A stretch of DNA of 64,000 nt from Anaeromyxobacteraceae bacterium. GTDB lineage: Bacteria > Myxococcota > Myxococcia > Myxococcales > Anaeromyxobacteraceae. This document shows positions 1 through 9,157 of this stretch, piece by piece. The stretch's first letter is position 1, and every line of letters begins with the position of its first letter. The notes beneath the pieces are model-generated. The model was not told the origin of the DNA, did not search any database, and worked only from the letters and a program-made list of their open reading frames with translations. The stretch spans positions 1,728,001-1,792,000 of the forward strand of contig JASGHJ010000001.1 of the NCBI GenBank assembly GCA_047602405.1. The letters are read 5' to 3'. A program made the position numbers and the translations under genes.

Positions 1-49
1 GGCGCACCGGCACCCTTGACGGGCCGGGTCGCTCCAGCCGACCCTCCCG

Positions 50-931
50 GTGACGATGCGCCCTTCCGAGTCACTCTCCATCGCCTGCCTCGCCGCCCTC
101 GCCGCGCTCTCGTTCGCCGCGACGCCGGCGGCGCCGGGTGCCGCCGCCGGGTATGCCGTCCTCATCGCCGCCGTCTGGTCGATCGCGCGGAGGCTCCCCC
201 CGGGGACGTTCGTGCGCGACTGGTTCCCGGTGGTCACGATCGTGGCCGCGTTCACCCTGATGGAGCCGGTCATCACCGGGGTGCACCCGCGCCTGTACGA
301 CGCCGCCCTCGCCGGGATCGACGACCGGTACCTCGCGGGGTTGGTGCGGGCGTGGCGCGAGGCCTTCGGCCGCCCGGACCTCTTCACCGACGCGGCCTAC
401 GTCCTCTACGTCTCCTACTACTTCGTGCCGCTCACCGCGGTCGGCCTCGCGCGGCGCCGCGGCCCGGAGGAGACCGAGCGCGTCACCTTCACGGTGCTGC
501 TCGCCTTCTGGGGCTCGTACGTCGGCTACTTCCTCGTCCCGGCGGCGGGGCCGCGGATCCCCTACGCCGAGGAGGCGGCGGTGCTCGGCGGCGGTGCGGT
601 GTCCGACGGCGTGCGCTGGTTCCTGCACGTCGCCGAGAAGACCCGCCTCGACGCGTTCCCGTCGGGCCACACCGCCATCTCGCTCGTGGCGGGCGCCCTC
701 GCGATCCGGCTCGCGCCGAGGCTCGGCCCCGCGATCGCCGCGTGGGTGGTGGCCGTGATCTTCACGACCGTCTACATCCACGTGCACTACGCGATCGACG
801 TCGTCGCCGGCGTCGGGCTCGCGGCGGGCGCGCTCCTCGCGGCCGCGCCGGCCTCTCGGACCGTCGCGGCCGCGCAGGCGCGGCTCAGCCGCCGGCTCGC
901 AGGAACACCGCGCCGAGCGGCGGGAGCGTGA
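50..931 (+). CDS. PAP2-superfamily membrane phosphoesterase (AUR1/PAP2_3-like)
   Basis: Multiple TM segments; motifs PAAGPR, AFPSGH and TVYIHVHYAIDVVAG; start could be ATG at 56. Confidence 0.8.
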   Translation: MTMRPSESLSIACLAALAALSFAATPAAPGAAAGYAVLIAAVWSIARRLPPGTFVRDWFPVVTIVAAFTLMEPVITGVHPRLYDAALAGIDDRYLAGLVRAWREAFGRPDLFTDAAYVLYVSYYFVPLTAVGLARRRGPEETERVTFTVLLAFWGSYVGYFLVPAAGPRIPYAEEAAVLGGGAVSDGVRWFLHVAEKTRLDAFPSGHTAISLVAGALAIRLAPRLGPAIAAWVVAVIFTTVYIHVHYAIDVVAGVGLAAGALLAAAPASRTVAAAQARLSRRLAGTPRRAAGA

Positions 932-2822
932 GCCAGATCGACTGCGCCCGGCCGTGCGCGGGGATGTCCTCCGCGTCCTTGCCGCCGAGGTTGCCGATCC
1001 CCGAGCCGCCGTAGATCGGCGCGTCGGAGTTCAGCACCTCGCGCCAGCGGCCGCCGCGCGGCACGCCCACCCGGACGTCGCGCGGCACCGGCGTGAAGTT
1101 GAGGGCGACGAACAGCGGGGCGGCGCCGTCCGGGCCCTTCCTGACGAAGGTCAGCAGGCTCGCGTCGGCGTCGTTCGCGTCGATCCACTCGAAGCCGCCG
1201 GCCTCGAAGTCGAGGGCGTGCAGGGCGGGGTTCTCCCGCATGAGCCGGTTGAGGTCCCGCACCAGCAGCGCGAGCCCGCCGTGCCTCGGGTCGGCGAGGA
1301 GGTGCCAGTCGAGGCTGCGCTCGTGGCTCCACTCACGGCCCTGGCCGAACTCGGCGCCCATGAAGAGCAGCTTCTTGCCGGGCGTCGCCCACATGTACGT
1401 GTAGAGCAGGCGCAGGTTCGCGAACTTCTGCCAGCCGTCGCCCGGCATCTTGTCGAGGAGGGAGCCCTTCCCGTGCACGACCTCGTCGTGGGAGAGCGGC
1501 AGCATGAAGTTCTCGCTGAACGCGTACATCGAGCGGAAGGTCAGCCCGTTGTGGTGCCAGCGGCGGTGGATGGGGTCCTTCCTCATGTACTCGAGCGTGT
1601 CGTGCATCCACCCCATGTCCCACTTCATGCCGAAGCCGAGGCCGCCCACGTAGTTGGGGCGCGAGACCATCGGCCAGGAGGTGGACTCCTCCGCGACCGT
1701 CTGCACGTCCGGGTACTCGGCGTAGACGACCTCGTTGAGCCGGCGCAGGAAGCCGATCGCGTCGAGGTTCTCGCGCCCGCCGAACGCGTTCGGGATCCAC
1801 TCGCCCTCCTTGCGCGAGTAGTCGAGGTAGAGCATCGAGGCGACCGCGTCCACGCGCAGCCCGTCCACGTGGTAGCGGTCGAGCCAGAAGGCGGCGGAGG
1901 AGAGCAGGAAGCTCCGCACCTCGTTGCGCCCGTAGTTGAAGACGAAGCTGTCCCAGTCCGGGTGGTGGCCCTGCCGGCGATCGGCGTGCTCGAAGAGGTG
2001 CGTGCCGTCGAAGTAGGCGAGGCCGTGCGCGTCGGTCGGGAAGTGCGAGGGGACCCAGTCGAGCAGCACGCCGATGCCGCGCTGGTGGAGCGTGTCGACG
2101 AGGAACATCAGGTCCTGCGGGTCGCCGTAGCGGCTCGTGGCCGCGAAGTAGCCGGTGGTCTGGTAGCCCCACGAGCCGTAGAACGGGTGCTCGGTCACCG
2201 GCAGCAGCTCGACGTGCGTGAAGCCCTCGCGCTCGCAGTGCTCGGCGAGGAGGGGCGCGATCTCGCGGTAGGAGAGGCTGCGGTCGCGCTCCTCGGGCTT
2301 GCGCCGCCAGGAGCCGAGGTGGACCTCGTACACGCTGATCGGCGCGCGCATGCCGTTCCTCGCGGCCCGCCCCTTCATCCACGCGGCGTCGCCCCACGCG
2401 TAGTCGAGGTCCCAGACGATCGACTGGGTGCCCGGCCCCGTCTCGTGCTTGAAGCCGAACGGGTCCGCCTTGTCGACCTGGAAGCCCGAGAGCCGCGAGC
2501 GCAGGTGGTACTTGTAGACCGAGCCCTTCTTCACCCCCGGGATGAAGCCCTGCCACACGCCGGAGGTGCCGAGGGGGCGGAGCAGGTGGCGCTCCTTGTC
2601 CCAGCCGTTCCAGTCGCCGATGACCGAGATGCGCTCGGCGTTGGGCGCCCAGACGGCGAACGACGTGCCGGGCTGGCCGTCGACGGTGGTGAGGTGGGCG
2701 CCGAGCGTCCGGTAGGCCCGGTGGTTCGTGCCCTCGTTGAAGAGGTGGAGGTCGACTTCGCCGGGGCCGCCGGCGGGGAGGACGGAGGCACGGGAGGCGT
2801 CGGGGTCGGTCACGGGCTGCAT
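885..2822 (-). CDS. glgB: 1,4-alpha-glucan branching enzyme
   Basis: FAVWAPNA, YEVHLGSW, GLRVDAVASM, EESTSW and LSHDEVVHGK motifs. Start taken at ATG 2822; the ORF-track extension to 3926 is the shadow of the opposite-strand gene. Confidence 0.95.
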   Translation of the reverse strand: MQPVTDPDASRASVLPAGGPGEVDLHLFNEGTNHRAYRTLGAHLTTVDGQPGTSFAVWAPNAERISVIGDWNGWDKERHLLRPLGTSGVWQGFIPGVKKGSVYKYHLRSRLSGFQVDKADPFGFKHETGPGTQSIVWDLDYAWGDAAWMKGRAARNGMRAPISVYEVHLGSWRRKPEERDRSLSYREIAPLLAEHCEREGFTHVELLPVTEHPFYGSWGYQTTGYFAATSRYGDPQDLMFLVDTLHQRGIGVLLDWVPSHFPTDAHGLAYFDGTHLFEHADRRQGHHPDWDSFVFNYGRNEVRSFLLSSAAFWLDRYHVDGLRVDAVASMLYLDYSRKEGEWIPNAFGGRENLDAIGFLRRLNEVVYAEYPDVQTVAEESTSWPMVSRPNYVGGLGFGMKWDMGWMHDTLEYMRKDPIHRRWHHNGLTFRSMYAFSENFMLPLSHDEVVHGKGSLLDKMPGDGWQKFANLRLLYTYMWATPGKKLLFMGAEFGQGREWSHERSLDWHLLADPRHGGLALLVRDLNRLMRENPALHALDFEAGGFEWIDANDADASLLTFVRKGPDGAAPLFVALNFTPVPRDVRVGVPRGGRWREVLNSDAPIYGGSGIGNLGGKDAEDIPAHGRAQSIWLTLPPLGAVFLRAGG

Positions 2823-2906
2823 GGTACTTGCCCCTGACGCAGCGCGCACTCCGCCAGCGGGGGACCGGGCGAAGGGCCGCGGGGTATGCTGCCTGCCGGA
2901 GGGGTC

Positions 2907-3821
2907 ATGGACGCCACCGCAAGGGACGGGCAGGGGACACTGGCGGCGCCGCGGCGCAGGCGCCGCTGGGGGGACCGTTACGACGGGCGGCTCCTGCGCA
3001 GCCTCGATCCCCTGTACCAGCTCATCCCGTACATCATGAAGACCCGGTCCGACGCGCAGAACCTCTTCGAGGAGCGCATCGACGTGACCGCCGTCGAGGA
3101 CTGGCTGCGCGCCCAGCGCGCCGCCGGCCGGAACCTCTCCTTCCTGCACGTCTTCCTGGCCGCGTACATCCGGACCATCTCCCAGCGCCCGCGCATGAAC
3201 CGCTTCATCGCCGGCCGGCGCATCTACGCCCGGAACGAGATCCTGGTCTCCTTCGCGCTCAAGAAGCGCCTGCGGGAGGACAGCCCGGAGACGGTCGTGA
3301 AGCTGAAGTTCGAGCCGACCGCGACGGTCTGGGACGTGCAGAAGGCGGTCGACGAGGCGATCGCGGTGAACAAGCAGGAGACCGCCCAGAACGACGCGGA
3401 CCTCACCGCGAAGCTCTTCATGTTCCTGCCCGGCCTCGTCATCCGGTTCGCGGTCTGGCTCCTCACCTTCCTCGACCAGCGCGGCCTGTTGCCGAGGGTG
3501 ATCCACCGCGTCAGCCCGTTCCACACGAGCGTGTTCGTCACCGATCTCGGCTCGCTGGGGGTGCGGCCGATCTACCACCACCTCTACGAGTTCGGGACGA
3601 CCTCGGTCTTCCTCGCGTTCGGCGCGAAGGAGCGCGAGCGCGCGGTGGACGAGCAGGGCAACGCGACCGTCAGGAAGACCATCGGCCTCAAGGTCGTGAC
3701 CGACGAGCGCATCTGCGACGGCTACGACTACGTCTACGCGTTCAAGTACTTCGTGCGCCTGTTCCGCCACCCCGACGAGCTCGAGGTGCCGCCCGCCGGC
3801 GTGCTGGAGGACGTGGCGTAG
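2907..3821 (+). CDS. 2-oxoacid dehydrogenase E2-like acyltransferase, catalytic domain only
   Basis: RPRMNRFI, VTDLGSLG and VTDERICDG motifs; GGAGG upstream of ATG 2907; no lipoyl domain. Confidence 0.75.
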   Translation: MDATARDGQGTLAAPRRRRRWGDRYDGRLLRSLDPLYQLIPYIMKTRSDAQNLFEERIDVTAVEDWLRAQRAAGRNLSFLHVFLAAYIRTISQRPRMNRFIAGRRIYARNEILVSFALKKRLREDSPETVVKLKFEPTATVWDVQKAVDEAIAVNKQETAQNDADLTAKLFMFLPGLVIRFAVWLLTFLDQRGLLPRVIHRVSPFHTSVFVTDLGSLGVRPIYHHLYEFGTTSVFLAFGAKERERAVDEQGNATVRKTIGLKVVTDERICDGYDYVYAFKYFVRLFRHPDELEVPPAGVLEDVA

Positions 3822-4099
3822 CGCGAGGCGGCCGCAGGCCGCCGAGCTTGCCTCTCGTCCTTGTGCTCCATGGTCAGGTTCTCGGTGCCCTCGCAACGAT
3901 GGCCTTCCTCCTCCCCGAACCTGCACCGGTACCCATCCCGCTCGAGCACCGCCCGCCGTACCGCATCCGGCACCGGCTGCCGGATCCTCGGCGTCGGCTC
4001 CTTCGCCGGCGCAGCCTTCCGCGCACGCTTGGGCTTCAGCAGCCCGCGCTTGCGCTTCTGCGCCTCGAGCGAATCCCGGACCATGATCGCGAGGAGCTT
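3822..4099 (-). pseudogene. Remnant of an HNH endonuclease-like gene
   Basis: VPDAVRRAVLERDGYRC...RC...LTMEH resembles the first half of an HNH domain; the second half and the N-terminus are missing; several A/T-ending codons. Confidence 0.55.
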
Positions 4100-4438
4100 C
4101 TACCCCACCTCCCTCCGCGCCCCGATCGCCTCCAGCATCGCCGACAGCGACACGAGCGCGAACCCCATCACCGGCGACGCGAGCGACTCCGCCACCCCGG
4201 CCGCGGCGAACCGCACGTCGACGCCGCCCTCGCCGGTGGCGTAGAGCAGCGTCGACAGCACGCCGCCGCAGAGCGACGCGACCGCCGCGAACGTGGTCGC
4301 GCGTCCCATCGCGGCGACGATCCCCCGCCGCCGGGCGTCTGGGCGCCGGGCGAACAGCGCGGCGTTCACGAGGGTGACGAGGCCGAAGACGAGCGTCAGC
4401 ATCCCGCCGGCGCCGCCGGCCTGGACGAGCCAGAGCAT
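4100..4438 (-). CDS. Small 3-TM membrane protein (MotA/TolQ-like fragment fold)
   Basis: Three hydrophobic segments, AGG near the N-terminus and GVAESL; GGAGG upstream; divergent from the ECF sigma gene. Confidence 0.6.
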   Translation of the reverse strand: MLWLVQAGGAGGMLTLVFGLVTLVNAALFARRPDARRRGIVAAMGRATTFAAVASLCGGVLSTLLYATGEGGVDVRFAAAGVAESLASPVMGFALVSLSAMLEAIGARREVG

Positions 4439-4477
4439 CCTTGAATCCTCCCGGGCCGGGGAGTCCCGGCCTCCTCC

Positions 4478-4507
4478 AGGGAAACGCCCGGGGCGGGCGA
4501 TCGTGAC
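4478..4507 (-). promoter_or_regulatory. Possible ECF-type promoter for the 4438 gene
   Basis: Minus strand reads GTCACG-N15-CGTTTC, adjacent to an ECF sigma gene; speculative. Confidence 0.25.
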
Positions 4508-4542
4508 GGCGCTCGTCACGCCGGGCCCCGCCGTGCGTTCAT

Positions 4543-5094
4543 GTGGGCGTGGGTGGCGATGGGGACCTCGTGCTCCGCCTGCGGGCCGGCGACGCCGGCG
4601 CGTTCGCCGAGGTGTACGCGCGGTACCGGGCGCGCCTGCTCGGCTTCCTCGCCCGGATGGCGCGGGAGCCGGCGCTCGCGGAGGACCTCATGCAGGAGAC
4701 CTGGCTCCGCCTCGCCGCCGCCGCCCCCGGGCTCGCCCCCGACAGCGACCTCGGCGCCTGGGTCTTCACCGTCGCGCGCAACGTCCACGCGAGCCACCGC
4801 CGCTGGCGACTGCTCGACGGCCGGCGCCGCGGGCTCGCGGCGTCGGGCGCGCCGCGGGAGGATCCGCACGGTCCGCACGCGCACGCCGAGGCGGACGAGG
4901 CGCGGCGGCGGCTCGAGGCCGCGGTCGGGGCGCTGCCACCGGCCGACCGCGAGGTGCTGCTGCTCGTCTCGGTGGAGCGGCTCGAGCCCGGCCAGGCGGC
5001 CGAGGTGCTGGGCATCTCGGCGGAGGCGGCCCGCCAGCGGCTCGCGCGGGCCCGCGCGGCGCTCCGGGCCGCGCTCGACGGAGGTGACACGTGA
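4543..5094 (+). CDS. ECF RNA polymerase sigma factor
   Basis: AEDLMQETWLR (region 2), WVFTVARN, LPPADREVLLL...AAEVLGIS...RQRLARAR (region 4). Confidence 0.9.
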   Translation: MGVGGDGDLVLRLRAGDAGAFAEVYARYRARLLGFLARMAREPALAEDLMQETWLRLAAAAPGLAPDSDLGAWVFTVARNVHASHRRWRLLDGRRRGLAASGAPREDPHGPHAHAEADEARRRLEAAVGALPPADREVLLLVSVERLEPGQAAEVLGISAEAARQRLARARAALRAALDGGDT

Positions 5095-5372
5095 ACGACG
5101 CGGAGCTCGACCGGGCGCTCGCGGCGCTGCCGGCGCCGGACCTCTCCCCGGAGGCGTCGGCCCGCCTCCTCGCGCGCGCGCAGCGCCTGCTGCGCGAGCG
5201 GGCCGAGGAGGCGCGCTCGCCGTGGAGACGCGCGTGGCGGAGGACCTGGGACGCCGTCGAGCCGTGGGCCGCCTCGGCGGCGGTCGCCATCATGCTCGCG
5301 TGGGCGGTGGGGGTGGTGCGGCCGGCGCTCGATCCCGCGGCGCGGCCGGCGCCGCCGTCGGACCGGCGCTGA
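5091..5372 (+). CDS. Putative anti-sigma factor, single TM
   Basis: GTGA overlap with the sigma gene; short cytoplasmic N-terminus followed by a TM helix. Confidence 0.55.
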   Translation: MNDAELDRALAALPAPDLSPEASARLLARAQRLLRERAEEARSPWRRAWRRTWDAVEPWAASAAVAIMLAWAVGVVRPALDPAARPAPPSDRR

Positions 5373-5378
5373 GGCTCC

Positions 5379-6182
5379 TCAGCGCTGCGTGACGAACGAC
5401 TCGGACTTCAGCTCGTCGGCGGTCATCGCGTGCCGCTCCTGCCCGAAGAGCTGCGGCTCCATCACGAAGGCGCGCAGCTGCCCGGACAGGATGAGGTGGA
5501 TGAGCAGCTGATCGGCCACGTACGCGGTCGGCGTCTGCGCCTCGAGGAGCTTCCTCGCCCCGGCGGTCGTGAACGCGTAGGCGTGCGTGCAGTGGTGCAG
5601 GCCGGCGGTCTTCAGGTGCGGCGAGAACGGCCTCGGGTGGAAGCGGAGGATCTGCGACGGCGTCCACTTCATGAGCCGCGCGGCGGCCATGCCCACGTAG
5701 GCGGCCTGCTTCAGCCGGTCTCGCAGCGTGACCGTCTCGAAGTTCTCCCAGCCGAGGTAGACGAGCTCCCACCCCTCGGGCAGCTCGCCGAGCGCCTCGG
5801 CCGCGCCGGCCATGGCCTCGACGTGCGGGACGGCGTCGTCCTCGAGCACGAGCACGCGCCCCCAGCCCTCGCGGACCGCGTCGGCGTAGATCTTCCGGTG
5901 GGAGAGCGAGCAGCCGACCTCGCCCGGCTTCATCTCGCGGCCGTGGCGGTCGACGGCGCGGGCGCGGGCGGGGTCGTAGACGCCGTCGCGCGCGAGCGCG
6001 GCGAAGTCGAGCTGTGCCTTGTCGAAGCCGAGGAGGAGCTCGTAGCGGAGGCCGGCGAGGCGCTCCCTCAGGCGCGCCTGCCGGTCCTTCGCGCGCGCGA
6101 GGGTGACGACGAGGATGCGGTCGAAGAACGCGTTGAGCGCCTCGAACCGTCCGGGCCCCGCCGCCGCCTCGCCCGGGGTCAC
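5379..6182 (-). CDS. Glycosyltransferase family 25
   Basis: GEVGCSLSH, VLVLEDD and THAY motifs; GTG start overlaps the upstream stop. Confidence 0.85.
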   Translation of the reverse strand: MTPGEAAAGPGRFEALNAFFDRILVVTLARAKDRQARLRERLAGLRYELLLGFDKAQLDFAALARDGVYDPARARAVDRHGREMKPGEVGCSLSHRKIYADAVREGWGRVLVLEDDAVPHVEAMAGAAEALGELPEGWELVYLGWENFETVTLRDRLKQAAYVGMAAARLMKWTPSQILRFHPRPFSPHLKTAGLHHCTHAYAFTTAGARKLLEAQTPTAYVADQLLIHLILSGQLRAFVMEPQLFGQERHAMTADELKSESFVTQR

Positions 6183-8179
6183 CGCGCCGCCGAGAGCTTC
6201 CGGTCGATGACGGCCTTGAGCGCCGCGAACTCCACCGCGCCCTCGACCTTCTCGCCGTTCACGAGCATCGTCGGCGTCGCCTCGACGCCGGCGCGGCTCG
6301 CCATCGCCTGGTCGTCCGCGATGCGCTTCTTCGCGGCGGCCGAGCCGACCGAGGCCTGGTAGCGGCCCATGTCGAGCCCCGCCTGCTTCGCGAGGCGCTC
6401 GAACGCGCCGGGCTGCGAGAACTCCTGCTGGTTCGCGAAGAGCACGTCGTGCATCTGCCAGAACTTGCCCTGCTCGCGCGCGGCCTCGGCGGCCTCGGCG
6501 GCCGGCTGCGCCTGCGGGTGCATCTGCGGCGGGAGCGGCAGGTGCTTCCAGACGAACTTCACGCTGCTGCCGTAGGTCTTCTCGGCCTCCTGCAGCGCCG
6601 GGAGCACCCGCTTGCAGAACGGGCACTGGAAGTCGCTGAAGATGACGATCGAGACCGGCGCCGAGGCGCTGCCCTTGACCGGGTCGTCGGGGCGGACCGT
6701 GACGCCGCCGCCGGCGGCCGCGAGCGCGGCGCCCTGCGCGAGGTTCGCGTCGCAGGCCTTCTCGTAGGTGCCGGCGTCGGGCTTCTTGCCCGCGAGCAGC
6801 GCGTCGACCTTCTGGAGCTCCTCGTCGGCGATGGCCTTCATCTGGTCGAAGGGCTTCGCGCCCACGACCTTGCGGCAGTTGAAGAACATGGTGGGCGTGC
6901 CGCCCGCGCCGACCGCGCTGCCGGCCGCCATGTCCTCCTGGATGCGCGCCTGCGCCTTGTTCGCCGCGACGAAGGCCTTGTACTTCGCCATGTCGAGGCC
7001 GGCCTGCTGCGCCCACCGCTCGAGCGACGGGCCGTCGAGCGCCTGCTGGTTCGCGAACAGCGTGTCGTGCAGCGGCCAGAACTTGCCCTGCTCGCGCGCG
7101 GCCTCGGCGGCCATCGCGGCGGGCATCGCGTTCGGGTGCATCGAGAGCGGCTGGTGCTTCCAGACGACCCGGAGCTGGCCCTTCATCGACTCCTCGAGCT
7201 GCTTCAGGGTCGGCTCGACGCGGCTGCAGAACGGGCACTGGAAGTCGCTCCAGATGACCACCGTGAGCTTCGCGTCCTTCGGGCCCTTCGCCGGGTCGTC
7301 GGGGCGGAAGGTGACCTTCTGGAACTGCGCGGGCGGCGGGGCGGCGGGCGCGGGCGGCGCGGCGGGCGCGTTCTCCACGGCGCCGGGCGCGGCGGGCAGC
7401 ATCACCTTCGTGGTGGACGCCGTCGCCATCACGCGGTTGTACACGTCGCGCGGCGCCGTGCCGGCCTTGACCATGCCCTCGGCCTTCGCGAGCTCCTCGT
7501 CGATCACCTGCTTGAAGGTGTCGTAGGGGTAGGCGCCCTCGATCTTGCGGCCGTTGATGAAGAGGCACGGCGTCGCGAGCGCGCCGAGGCTCCCGAGCAG
7601 CTGCTGGTCGCGGGTGATGCGCGCCTCGTACTTCCTCGAGTCGATCGCGGCCTTCACCTTCGCCGTGTCGAGGCCGACCTCGCCGGCCGCCTTGACGATC
7701 GAGTCGATCGAGAGGTCCTGCGTCTCGAAGAGCTTGTCGGCGAGCGCCCAGAACTTCGCGTCGCCGCCCTGGACCCGGGCCTCCTCGGTCGCGAGCGCGG
7801 CGGGCATCGCCATCGGGTGGATCGAGAGCGGGTTCTGCTTGAAGACGTAGCGGATCTTGCCCGGGTAGGCGGCCTCGATCTGCTTCAGCGTCGGGATCAC
7901 GCGCTTGCAGAACGGGCACTGGAAGTCGCTCGCCTCGACGAACGTGATGAGCGCGTCGGCGGGGCCCTTCGCGGGCGAGTCGTCGACCGGCACCCGGTAG
8001 ACCGCCTTCGGGTCCTCGCGCGGCGGGGCCGGGCGGGGCGCGGCCGGGTTCGGGGCGGCGGCGGTCGGCCCAGGGGCGGCGCCGGTGCGCGGGCGCGAGT
8101 TCACGTCGATCGCGCCGCGGCCGAAGAAGCCGATGGCGAGACCGATGACGAGGGCGATCACCCAGCTGACGTGCTTCAT
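6179..8179 (-). CDS. Exported DsbA-family protein with three thioredoxin domains
   Basis: N-terminal TM/signal; three SDFQCPFC motifs, each with a downstream TP cis-Pro motif. Confidence 0.9.
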   Translation of the reverse strand: MKHVSWVIALVIGLAIGFFGRGAIDVNSRPRTGAAPGPTAAAPNPAAPRPAPPREDPKAVYRVPVDDSPAKGPADALITFVEASDFQCPFCKRVIPTLKQIEAAYPGKIRYVFKQNPLSIHPMAMPAALATEEARVQGGDAKFWALADKLFETQDLSIDSIVKAAGEVGLDTAKVKAAIDSRKYEARITRDQQLLGSLGALATPCLFINGRKIEGAYPYDTFKQVIDEELAKAEGMVKAGTAPRDVYNRVMATASTTKVMLPAAPGAVENAPAAPPAPAAPPPAQFQKVTFRPDDPAKGPKDAKLTVVIWSDFQCPFCSRVEPTLKQLEESMKGQLRVVWKHQPLSMHPNAMPAAMAAEAAREQGKFWPLHDTLFANQQALDGPSLERWAQQAGLDMAKYKAFVAANKAQARIQEDMAAGSAVGAGGTPTMFFNCRKVVGAKPFDQMKAIADEELQKVDALLAGKKPDAGTYEKACDANLAQGAALAAAGGGVTVRPDDPVKGSASAPVSIVIFSDFQCPFCKRVLPALQEAEKTYGSSVKFVWKHLPLPPQMHPQAQPAAEAAEAAREQGKFWQMHDVLFANQQEFSQPGAFERLAKQAGLDMGRYQASVGSAAAKKRIADDQAMASRAGVEATPTMLVNGEKVEGAVEFAALKAVIDRKLSAAR

Positions 8180-8257
8180 GGGGGGTTCTCCTAGAGTTGC
8201 CCGGGGGATACCACGGGGCAGGGCCCTGCTCAACGTCGCGGCCAACGGTGGCGACTG

Positions 8258-8318
8258 CTGCCGGGGAGGGGGCCCGCGGAGCTTTGCTCCGCGGGGAGGG
8301 GGGCGCCGAGCCCCCCTC
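8258..8318. repeat. Two-hairpin palindromic repeat, family B, copy 1
   Basis: CCCGCGGAGC-ttt-GCTCCGCGGG followed by GGGGGGC-gccga-GCCCCCC; related to 37220-37284. Confidence 0.6.
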
Positions 8319-8802
8319 AGAGATGCAGCGTGGCCCCGACCCGGAACAACAGCGGGATGCCGATGTCGTTCCCGAGGAAGCTCCCGACGTCGACCCCCGC
8401 ATCGAGCGACAGCCGGCCGGTCAGGCGCACCTCGTAGGCGGCGCCCAGGAGGAGCCAGCGCCAGTGCATGCCGCGATCGCGCGCGTTCGAGGCGTCGAAC
8501 GCCACCCGGACCCGAAACGGATATTCACCCGGCGACCACGAGAGGCCCGGCCGGATGGCGACGTTGCGGTCCGGTTGAACGCCGAGGGCGAACGAGAGCT
8601 CGGGCCTGAGGCCGTAGGCGCCGAGCTCCCACCCTCCGAGGAGGGCGAGCTCGCCGACACCCTTCGAGAACCGGGAGGCCAGGCCGAGCTCGCCGCCGCC
8701 GGCGAGCGAGAGGCCGACCACCGGGCCGGGGGCTTCCTGGGAACGCGCGAGGGAGGGCGCGCACACGAGCGCGAGCGCCAGAAGCTGCACGGGGCGACGC
8801 AT
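8317..8802 (-). CDS. Hypothetical exported small beta-barrel-like protein
   Basis: Signal peptide; alternating amphipathic strands; ends VGATLHL. Confidence 0.6.
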   Translation of the reverse strand: MRRPVQLLALALVCAPSLARSQEAPGPVVGLSLAGGGELGLASRFSKGVGELALLGGWELGAYGLRPELSFALGVQPDRNVAIRPGLSWSPGEYPFRVRVAFDASNARDRGMHWRWLLLGAAYEVRLTGRLSLDAGVDVGSFLGNDIGIPLLFRVGATLHL

Positions 8803-8875
8803 CGCGGCGAACGTACCCCCGGGCCGCCTGTGCGGGCAAGCATGGGCCCCGAGGAGCCACTAGAATGCCGCGGCC

Positions 8876-9154
8876 GTGAAGCCCGCCCCGCCGCTCGAGG
8901 AGCCCACCCCGCCCGCCGATCTCCCGGCGCCCGCGCGCGTGCTCGACACCTCGGGCACCCTGTGCCCCTTCCCGATCGTCGAGACCGCGAAGGCGGTGAA
9001 GGCGCTCGGGGCGGGTGAGGTGCTGTGCGTGATCGCGACCGATCCGGGCGTCCGGACCGACATGCCGATGTGGTGCAAGGCGACGCGCAACGAGCACCTC
9101 GGGACGTTCCGCGAGGGCGCGGCGTTCAGGAGCTGGATCAGGAAGCGGAGGTAG
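8876..9154 (+). CDS. TusA/SirA-family sulfur carrier
   Basis: LDTSGTLCPFP and ATDPG motifs. Confidence 0.85.
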   Translation: MKPAPPLEEPTPPADLPAPARVLDTSGTLCPFPIVETAKAVKALGAGEVLCVIATDPGVRTDMPMWCKATRNEHLGTFREGAAFRSWIRKRR

Positions 9155-9157
9155 CAG

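Noticed and set aside
885..931. 47-bp convergent overlap of the PAP2 gene and glgB
   Set aside because: Short 3' overlaps are common in high-GC genomes, and nothing here suggests function.
885..3926. 1013-aa GlgB with a long N-terminal extension
   Set aside because: The extension is the antisense of the E2-like gene; GlgB similarity begins near 2822.
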